Source of the DNA: Styela clava
Lineage: Eukaryota
Assembly: GCF_964204865.1 (NCBI RefSeq)
Contig: NC_135261.1
Span: 682,001-746,000, forward strand
Direction: 5' to 3'
Length of the DNA: 64,000 bases
The notes under the pieces are model-generated. The model had not been told where the DNA came from. It searched no databases and saw only the letters and a list, made by a program, of their open reading frames with translations. Below, one piece after another: positions 53,870 through 64,000 of this stretch. The translations under genes were made by a program, and so were the position numbers. The first letter of the stretch is position 1. Each line of letters begins with the position of its first letter.

Positions 53870-54015
53870 AGGTTCGCGGAAAAAATCTGATTTCTGGGGT
53901 TCGAGTTAAAATCTTATTTCTGGGGATTCGAGTTGAAATTTGATATTCTGGGAGTTTGAGTCAAAATTATATTTTCTTGGAGTTCGAATCAAAATTCGAT
54001 TTTCTTTAGATCGAG
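53870..54015. repeat. Minisatellite, about 28-bp unit x5
   Basis: AAAATCTGATTTCTGGGGTTCGAGTT and variants in tandem. Confidence 0.75.
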
Positions 54016-55154
54016 TGCTCACGGATTACTCCTGAAATTGAAATTCATTTGTTAAGTTCAGTTCGTGGAGAATAATTTTAACTTTTACTGACAAAATATT
54101 TTGTCTAGAAATGATAAGATCCAGAAACACATCTAACAAATAAAATCTTTGTATATACATATTGTACATCACACTAATTCACACGAAAGAAAAGTGAAAA
54201 TCGGAAAAAATGAAATTTTTGAGAGCCTGAGGGGGTAGGGGGATATGAAAGATAAAAAAATGATTATTTTAAACAGAAGACAATGATGTAATTGGTTTTA
54301 ATTTTAATAAATTTCTAACATTTCCTCATATTTTGTTCCAGTCACACAGAAATTTCAAATTATTTTACAGTTTTTTTTTTTAACTATTGAATAACCAGCA
54401 AAATATATTATCTAATGGCGTGATTCAAAACAATTTAAACATATAAAATACCGGAACAAATATATTGAAAAAATCATAAATTCGTATCATTCACACACAA
54501 GCAAAATAAATTTTAAATGAGTGAGTGATTAAACTTTCTCATTGTAATTCGATGACAATGTTGTAATTGATTTCAGTTTTGATAACTTTCTGATAAAGTT
54601 GAATTCCAAATTTTTCCTTCGGGTCACAGAAAAACTTTAATTTAATGGAAATCGAAAAACATGTCAAATTCAAATCTAAAATACAAATTGAAAACTCAAA
54701 CCCAAAAGTTTGGGTAAATAAACCTGATAGTTGTAAAATATTTCTCAAGATTTCTCATAAAATTGATATAAAAAGGTAACAACATCGGCAATATGGGCTA
54801 TTGGACTTATCGGAAATAAATTTGAAAACTATGTGCAAATCATTTTAGTCAATAACGGCTCGAAAACAAATATCCTCGACGCAGTTTTAACTAATTGTGC
54901 TTTTAATCGAGAGTCGACCTTCTGGAAAAGTGTTCGTCGGTGTACTTAAAATGGCAAAAACAAAAGAAATTCTCTTAAATAATGAAGAAAAGTAATATAA
55001 ACCGATTCCTGCTAATTATGTTTATTTTAAAACTATTCTGAATTTCATGTTTCAAAATAAGTTAAAACTTCATTATGAATTAAAAAAAGAATTAATTTTA
55101 ATGAGCGTTCGGAATAGTCCATTGAGGAAAGTTTACAATTACCAAACATTCAAA

Positions 55155-57608
55155 GGACCTTATTCATTAAAATCCCATCCTACGCGCAAAAAAAAAGTGA
55201 TGTAAAAAAATATTTTTTAACATTGCTCTTATGGGGAATGTGATCACCAGAGCAGAATTTGCATTTTATGTAATTTTCTAGATATCTTTCATTGTATTCG
55301 TGAGCAGTTTTGAGGGTAGAATATTTTTTACATCTTTTTTGATATTTTCATTATAATAAACATGGTCAAGATTTTTAATAATCGTTCATTGACATTTTAA
55401 TGAGCGCGGTGTTTCCGATGACGTCATTCTCACTAGACCATGAGATTCTGCCAACGCGCCTTTTCTCTTTGGGATATGTGCTCCAACTGCTTGTGATAAC
55501 AGAACACTGGAATACCGGTACCGGGACCACAACTGGCGTTCGAAGAAAGACCTATTTTGGTTTTAATTGGATGTTATATATTTCATGAATTCCATGTACA
55601 TTTCTGGTACACCTTTCAAAATCCAATGGACTAACTCAGTTCATATGTTGACGGTATCTATCATGTACGGTAGCTATCCCAAAATTGGTGATGTTCAGGG
55701 CTGGATTTAGACCATGAGAGGCCCCTTCATATTTTTGAGCTCAGAATTTCTCTCTAAACAACACCACATTTAATTGCTTAAAATTTAAAAATATGAAAGC
55801 ATTAAACTTTTCATTCTCTCCATTCATGGGTGTGAATTTTTAATTAAAAGAATGATAATTTACTTGAGGCAGTTTTGCTTTCAATTTCTTTCATCAAAAA
55901 ACCACTACAGCCATACTTTAACATAGAAACTTCCAGCAGAATGCGCATAATAATAATATCCCTCATTATGATGTAAACGACGCAATAATGGCTGTTTACA
56001 ATGTGGTTGAAACTTGTTGTATACAGAATTTTTTACACTGAAAAGCTTGATATATATATATATATACTTTTTGTAGGGTTTAAACTTGTCAAGTTTTCAA
56101 AAGAATTACAAATTTTGAAACCGAATTTCGAGGCTCTAGATTTCATCTTGCCTAGCCTATTGGTAAATCCAGCCATGGTGATGGTCCCCACAGCAAATTT
56201 CTGGTCCTAATCACTCAGCAGATTGAAATAAATGGTTTTCAGCATTTATTAGCATAGATAGATATTTTAATTAAACATATAGTTCAACTTAAAGTCTGTA
56301 TATTGATATTATAAATATATGTCCCATTATTACTGCATTGTGAGAAAGCTTTCCACACTATCAAGTCTATAAGGTTTTAGCGTCTTCCAATGTCTCAGAT
56401 GGAAACTTCAGTCTTCATTTCGCATATTCTTTTCATTAATGCCATTAGCATTTGAAGCTTGACTGATTCCAATGTACCTTTTCCATTGTTGTTTAATGTA
56501 ATATCCTAAACATGACTTCAAAATTTTTTTCTCACTTCAATCATCACATGTTTGAATACCCGAGCTGACTTCTACTGATTTGTTATTAATTTACAATTTG
56601 TTTTTATAAATTAACAGTCGTACTTGCTAAGTGTCCACTAAGTGAAAATCTACAAAAAAAAGCAGTGTTTTAACCGAATCCAAAATTATTCCGTAACTTA
56701 GTCAACCCTTCCTCCGAGGAGTTTTTGTTAAAACATCTAAATTAACTGTTAATCTTGATAGCAAACATGAGGGGCAAGGGGGAGCTGACTGTGATGATCG
56801 TATCGCTCCCCAGTCTATACCGAATAACTGTGTGTTTTGTATATGATTTTTATTGATTCAATGCTTGTATTCTGGTTGACAAAATAAATCTCCCCCTCGC
56901 ATTCAGTCATGTTTTTTAACCTAGTTACGAGACCGGTATTGTACAATTATAGGTTGGAGATATTCATCTTTTTTTGTATACCGGTACCGTACAACTTGTC
57001 CTGCCTAGTGGCAAGATGGCCAACATTTTTGATCGTGGGCCTATTTCAGTATTTACTAAATAATTTAGTTTTCACCTCTTGCAGCCTTGGTACGGTACCG
57101 GTAGTTTAAATAACACGTCAGCATACCTTCAGTCAATGATTGCTAGCTGTACAGGTATAAATGCGTAAAACCAGTAAACAAACGTGATAGAAATGGTACG
57201 GGTTATAGATTGTCAATGTTAAACGCTTCCAGTACCGGACGGACACGGACCCAAAGCGACATTAGGGTCGCATTTGCAGCGCATATCCCACAGAGCACGG
57301 CGCGTTGGCAGAATCGCATGGTCTAGTGAGAATGACGTCATCGGAAACACGGCGCTCATTAAAATTTTAATGAACGATTATTAAAAATCTTGACCATGTT
57401 TATCATGATAAAAATATCAAAAAAGACGTAAAAAAATATTCTATCCTCAAAACTGCTCACGTATACAATGAAAGATATCTTGAAAATTATAAAAAATGCA
57501 AATTTCTGCTCTGGTGATCACATTTCCCATAAGAGCTAATGTTAAAAAAATTTTTTTACATCACTTTCATTTTTTGAGCGTAGGATGGGTTTTTAATGAA
57601 TAAGGTCT
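55155..57608. mobile_element. Non-autonomous DNA transposon with about 305-bp TIRs (possibly ISL2EU/PIF-Harbinger-type)
   Basis: 55155-55460 is the reverse complement of 57299-57608 (RGACCTTATTCATTAAAA termini). No recognisable ORF inside. Absent from the paralogous flank at 32-33 kb. Confidence 0.85.
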
Positions 57609-58601
57609 ATTATCAAAATTAGATTTTTTCTGAGTCGATTGTGAATTTCCTCCGACTTCACAGCCTTATCAAAATAAGGTTCTTTGCCAAATGTTTGAAT
57701 ATATATATATGTTTTTTTTTATATTTTATCGAAATTAAAATCTTCAGATATTTAGAGGTTACAGATACGAATCCGTTATTCAGAAAGTATCAAACATTTT
57801 TGTAATATAAAGGAATTTATTAAACATGAAATATATATTTGAATAAACCACATCGTCACCAATTTAAATTTATATACAATCACTCACAAACAAATTGGGT
57901 TACAATAATAAATTCAAACATTTCTTGAACACGTCTAAGAAATAAAAAATAGTTTGTTTTGTAGAAGTCTAACAATGAATGCAGTTTTATTGGAAATACC
58001 CAAGAAAAGCCCGACAGACAATTTGAATAAGTGAGCATTAAATCGTATCGGTTCAACATATAGGCCTCAGTTTTGAATTCAGTGGAATTGATTGTGTGAA
58101 GTAAATAGGAGAACATGGTCGTCTCTTTTCAATATAATTTTAAATCTTATTCCAATTATCATGCGAACATACAATCTTCCAATAGACTGATTGTAACCTA
58201 TGTATCTCAGGCTTATCGTGATCTATGTATCACAGTTCGAGCGGAGACAAAACAAACCATTCATAGTTTTCTAATTATAAGTGACAGAGCCTTGTTCAGA
58301 GTGACGATTTGAAAGAACCGTCTTATACAAGTGGTAACCTCAAATGTATCTCATATGAAAATTATATACCGCATGCAGGATTCCATATGATTGTTACACT
58401 GTGGGACGTGGAAATAGTATGTGGGGGTGTAAATTAGGCTGCATGTGTGGATAACGAATTATCGTGAATAAAAAAGCCTATGGTTGTTCAACTGTGGAAA
58501 GTTTTTTAAAGTTTTAATCAATCTACTTATGTGAAAAACAGTTACTCCTAAACTCAAGTAATTTTACAGTTGCTTGTTTATCGATCTTTCAATGGGCATA
58601 G

Positions 58602-61600
58602 TTATAATTCATTTTCACAGATGGCTCCGTGATATACATAGGAAGGAGAAACATTATAAATCCCTTGATCATTCTGTTCTGAGTCATGGTTGACATCAAC
58701 AGCAACAATTGTGCGAGATGCATCGGATTTCGGATGATCAGGTCGCCAAATATTACTTGACAGAGATATAGCTTGGCTCGTCGTTGAATACAGCTGACCG
58801 TTCTGTTGAAATAAAAAATATATTTCATGAAATATAACGATTGGCAATTTGAGAATATAGTCGAGTAAGGTTGAACCAGTAATCCTGGCCATATGATCTG
58901 ACAAAGCAAAACAACCTTTCTGGTGTCCAGTAAGAAACTGAATGAAGCGTGACACCACCACGTGATTATTCTGCTCTGTCACACTTCAGTGATTACCGTT
59001 GTTGGATAATAATTGAATAACAAACACGACACACAAATCAACTTAGTTTGGATTAGTCTTCTCTGATTTAGTATCAGAGCTGTAAAGTTGAAGCGTTCCA
59101 CTGGTGTAGGAGTAAACTTTTGAATCATCCGGAAACTTTAAATGGAAACGAAAGTTTGGGGTTGAATTTTTTGAAACTGGAAAACGCTGGCAAATGAATC
59201 TATCTAATCCGTAGGATTCGATTTGAACTTCTCTCCTATTCTACAATTATATGGGTTTAATCTCAAAATAAAATGTAATAGCGCATGATAATGCGGTAAC
59301 AATATCCGCCATAATAATAATATATAATATTATAATTAATATTTTATAATGATTTCATGTATGACCCCATAAACAACATGATTCAGACTCGACCTACCGT
59401 GTAAGTCATTCCCGTACGAACATAAACGCGTGTCCATCCATCAGGAATCATTGGTCGTAAATAATCTAGAACCCGGTTGTAGTGTGTGACGTCATAAATG
59501 TTAGCCAGTTTGTTATCGCAAAGAGATTCAGCGACGCTTAATGTGACGTTCTGTGCTTTGTAAACGATCGCTCGAAAACATTTCAAATTATAGACAAAGC
59601 CACATTCTGAAAGAAAATCCACAGTCGAAAAAGTTTGAAGTCAGATATTTATGAAACAATTATTAAGGAGAATATTTATTTCTACGTTTTAATTGGGAAC
59701 CTTATTCATTTTATTCAGTATCATTGTCTTTTATAGTTTTTTTTTACAAGAAAAGGGTGGTGATCCCTTTAGTAGTTATGATCATACGTCATCTTATTTG
59801 AATAATAAAGGTCTCGCAAACTTACTCAGAAATAAAGTAAACGTTTCCATGAGCAGAATGCGGGAAGCCACTGATCTATTGGGGCTGAATAAATATAGCA
59901 GTAAAATATACGATTGATAATACAGGCCTATGGGACTTGAAGAATATGAGCAGGATAAATCTATAACGTACTGAATATTAGATAACTGGAATTCCTAACT
60001 ATATTTTAGTTGCTTCTGTAGAGAATTCAGAGAGAATGTGTGGAACTACCGGTAATACCAGCATCTGCTTACATATCAGTAATTGCTTGTACAGGGCACA
60101 TTCAGTATGAATGTGTTTCAATGCCTAGCTCTTCACGTCGCAATATTTGTTTGTGTAGAATGTTGTTCAGAGTGAAAGTATGAAAACCGGAATGTTTTGT
60201 TCAGCAGGCCAGTGGTAATGGATCACGAGACACACATGGCCCGAGTTCATGAGAGAGCACTGGCTGAATTTAATTTTTGATCGTAGGAAACGAAGGCAAC
60301 AGGGTATTCGCTGAGTAATCGCTAGTAATCTGGAAAGAGTCTGACGTCAAAGCTGCGCGCTGGCAACAAGAATGAATACGGTGGCGATAGGGATGAATAT
60401 ATATGTTCCCAACCACCATTTAAAAGGACGCTGACTTAAAATTGAACCAGATTAGGGTTAGGCCATGATTTCATTCCAAATTTCCCTATTTTAGTTCTAT
60501 TGCGAGTTCAGAGACTAACCAAGTAACTCCCGTAGTATTTGTACCGGGAATTATGGTATAACCCGTACCGGGTACACATACTACGTTCCGGCGTCTGCCA
60601 TCTTGGTTTATATCAGGGGCCGCAGGACGATAGTTTGCGGCGCCCGCCTTGGTATGAAAGTTTAATGTTAGTGCGGCCCGTAAGTCACTCAGCTCAGTTA
60701 GAATGATTGATTCATTTGATATATGATCAGGACAAGTAGAGCAAAGCAAAATATTCAATAATCCATCCAGCGAAAGGAATATGCGGTACGGTAACCTACT
60801 AGTACCGTACCTGTAGGCATGATATTCGATTGGCCTTTGACCCCGAAGAAAATTTTCTTATACTTCACCATTGCAAATTATTGGTGCTTATTTTAGAGGT
60901 GGCTTCGCGAGTTGAAGCCTATAAACTGGGATATATGTTTCACGTCATCAATTCGATTCAAAATATTCAACAACCTGTTTTCCAACAGTACCGGTAGAGA
61001 AATTTAACCTAGTCTATCACATCTATTTCTAGACTAATTTTTTATTAGAGCAATTAAGCTACGACGTCCAAGCAATCAGAATGATCATTGAGTTCTTTGA
61101 TTCATACTTGAATTTCTGAAACACAACCAAAAACTAACAAATAGCATGCAAAAACAAGATAATTCCATATAAACATGCCTAAAAATCTTTCTGAGTGACA
61201 AGTGTCTGAGCGTTTGCGAAAAAGTCTATTGTTACGTCACTTATTGCGTCCTGCTGATTAGCCCATGTTACGGAATAAGCAAGGAAGTAGATGCTCGGGG
61301 AAAGGTCCATCGCGATATTACTTCCATTTATGTTTTTGACATGTTTTGCGTATAGAAAAAAACAAAGAAAAGATATAACTTTTTAAGTTTAATGATTTTA
61401 TTGTGAAAAACCCGATGCGGCCCGGACTCACTAAGGTAAATTGAGTTTGAGACCTCTGCTTTAGATACTATGGGAGTACTTTGCAATGTACCGGATGTTT
61501 GCAATTCATATCGCTATAATTCCGTACTTTTATGTCTGGAGAATTGGATAAATTTAATCCGAGTAAAACTATAACAATGGCGTGGTCATTACGTAAGCAA

Positions 61601-64000
61601 TTTTGCCGTAATTACGGAATTTATTTCGGTCGTGCAAGCCTATGGCCAATTCCCATTTAAATGGCTTCCGTCATAGAGGAATATTGGGCTTCCATATAGG
61701 CAGCAAGTTAGGAATAGGGATGGATATATGGCTCCAATCCATTTTAATGGCCTTCTTCATACATGTGCTCTCAAAGCCATGTCAGAGGAATCATACACAA
61801 TTTTATGGTCACGATGGCCTTGCGGTAAAAGGGTTAAACACAGCTGTGTCTGTATCTCACATACAAGGATATATGATGAACATATGACCCCAATCGCTAT
61901 TTGACTGGCCTCCTGCATACAGGGCTATTTGGATGCCATATAGACAGAAGGCTAGGAATAGGGATGGATATATGACATTTCGACAGCAGGTTAGGAAATG
62001 GAACGAATATATGACACCAATCTCTATTTAAATGGCCTATTCCATACAGGGCTAATGGGTTTCCATATGGACACCAGGTTAGAAATGGTAATGATTGAAT
62101 AATCTTAATCACAAAAGAAAAAAACTCACGAATGCACACTGGTGTTGTAGACCATGAGCCGTCAGCTTTGCATGCTCCCGTCTGCCCCCCTTCCAAAGTG
62201 GAATCATTGCTGCAAGAGTAACTGACCACCTGATCCTCACTGTACAGGTCTTGCTCAGGAGAAATTGTTCCGTTCTCAAGATTTAGCTTAGCACAAGGTG
62301 TAGCTACATAAAGAAACGATAAAAAAGTTTCACTCGCAGAGTATTTATTTGTGAAATGTTTCGTCCCTTCAAACATGTCTTTGTGGAAACAGTCCAGCCA
62401 TTGATACACACTCACTGCAAACAAGGCTTCGTGCAATCAGCCATTGATAATTTATTTAACTACTGGAATCTTACTTACTTACTTACCTAGACTATAACAT
62501 TCGGAAGAGTTCAAAGTGGTTATGTTGTCTAACTCTACATTCCCGGATGCCTCAAGCTCAAGTTGAACCTGAATGAAATGAAAAAGATTGTGAAGTTTTA
62601 GCAGGGCTGCAAGGTAGAGTCTAGTAGTGGGCAAGGTTTTTAGACAAGGGGTGGAAATATTTGCCCCATCTAGACGAGCGGGGCCACGTAATAGTGACGT
62701 AAAAAGTTACGTTTATTTTAAAATATTCACAATATTTACAAAAACAAAGTTTAAAATCAATGAACCTTGGGCTAAAACTGAGCATAATCGCAATCTCAAC
62801 GAACCCCTTGAGTTATTTTTAGGTGAAACGGCAAAATTTGAGTTTAGTTTGGTTGTGGCAACATCAGGCGAGCCAGATTAAATGACCCAATTGGCCCACG
62901 GGTCGATCCGTCCTTGAACGTATCGTAATGCCAAGTGGATTCTCACAAAGTCAAAAAATCTACTTTTGAGATTTATTCTTGCGGAGAGGAAAGTTGGTAA
63001 TATGTGTTACCTGTCTGTAAATGAATTCTAGAAAAACTCCAATTATGCAAATAAATGATTATAACCCTCTGCGCGCTGATGATGCTCTACCTGGACATGA
63101 GGAAGAAATTTGGCCATTTAGACCGGCGGGCCATGTAAAAAGTTACATTTTATGAACAACATTTACAGTTACAAAAGCAAAAAACATTTCACTCAACTTT
63201 TAAACAAATTCCTTGAGTTATTTTTTAGCTAAAAGATCAAAGTTCAGTTGTGACAGCATCAGGCGGGCCAGATTGAATCACCCAACGGGTTAGATTTGAC
63301 CCGCGGGCCGTAGTTTGCCCATGTCAGAGCTACACTATGTCCTACCAAAATTTTAAAAAAGCTTTCGCGTTATGTAGGATGTTATTCACATCCAAAGCAC
63401 TTCCGATTTAATCGGATTTTCGCAAACAAATATGCTGCAAACCTGCGTATCTGTATAGTTTACTTTCTTTAAAATGAATTTCTCGGTTTTCCAAGTAGTC
63501 GAGGCAGAAAACGGCCAAATCGCTTTCCTAAAAATTGCAAAACATATTATTGTTGCCTTTACATAAACATCCAAAATAAATCAAAATTAGTTATATTCTG
63601 CTTTTTCCAGGAACCTCATTTATATATAATTTATTATTTAGCTTATTTTCCGATCGCATCAACTTTCACTTCAGTTCTCCCACCAATCAGTATTTACTGA
63701 TGTGGAATGCACCGCTAAAGTTATTTATAGTTTCAGCAGCTCTTAACACTCACAGGTGATCCTCAGAGGAGAATTTATTGTTTTTTAAATAATCTAAATC
63801 AATGAATTTTAAATTCCGTTAATCGTTTTCAAAAAATAATATTTTTGTTTTACTGTACAATGCCCGCTTTGGAGTGAGAGCGGCAAATAGTCGGATAAAA
63901 AAAATAAATGCAGCATTAGCTACTCACGTTACAGTTCCATCGTGAGCCCTGGCCACCAGTTCTCCATCAGATGTCCCTTTTATGTCGACACTCATGCATA
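58602..64000 (-). CDS. Tandem paralog of the CCP-MAM-CCP-CTLD gene (3' part; 5' exons lie beyond the window)
   Basis: Exons >64000-63928, 63527-63443, 62568-62487, 62303-62130, 59606-59398, 58802-58602. Same phases as gene 1 and same lengths (last exon +6 nt). All are open. Confidence 0.85.

Larger units (their letters stand above)
54040..64000. repeat. Segmental duplicate of about 31800-39215 (gene, introns and 3' flank)
   Basis: Colinear intron and flank homology, e.g. TTCATTTGTTAAGTTCAGTTCGTG at 31825, 32717 and 54044. Offset about 25 kb in the gene body. Confidence 0.85.

Noticed and set aside
61897-62436. 179-aa ORF as a stand-alone gene
   Set aside because: Only 62130-62303 is the CCP exon. 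The rest is intron and minisatellite read-through.

Overview
AT-rich eukaryotic genomic DNA, metazoan and probably an ascidian/tunicate (inferred from gene style, not proven). Most short ORFs in the supplied track are spurious. (1) 1-9.4 kb: rearranged tandem macro-repeat (about 3.4-3.7 kb units) made of MITE and tRNA-like SINE fragments. (2) 11.8-29.1 kb: nested transposon pile-up. A long palindrome with a Tc1/mariner relic at its exact centre is followed by two head-to-tail decayed L1/Tx1-type LINEs (the first interrupted by a hAT element) and then a young Mag-type Gypsy LTR element (240-bp LTRs, GGTTC TSD, tRNA-Ser PBS). The LINE array and the Gypsy break two copies of the same G-rich repeat at the same nucleotide. 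(3) 33.6-44.4 kb (minus strand): a hand-assembled 13-exon gene, 521 aa, for a secreted mosaic protein: signal peptide, Cys motif, coiled coil, S/T-rich linker, CCP, MAM-like, CCP, C-type lectin. A tandem paralog lies 25 kb away (58.6 kb to window end), and its lectin loops are much more diverged than the other domains. Both paralogs carry a decayed 28S-rRNA 5' fragment and a minisatellite in the same intron. (4) 44.7-57.6 kb: duplicated repeat blocks, a decayed Ac-like hAT and a 2.45-kb long-TIR non-autonomous element. All alignments and counts were done by eye.
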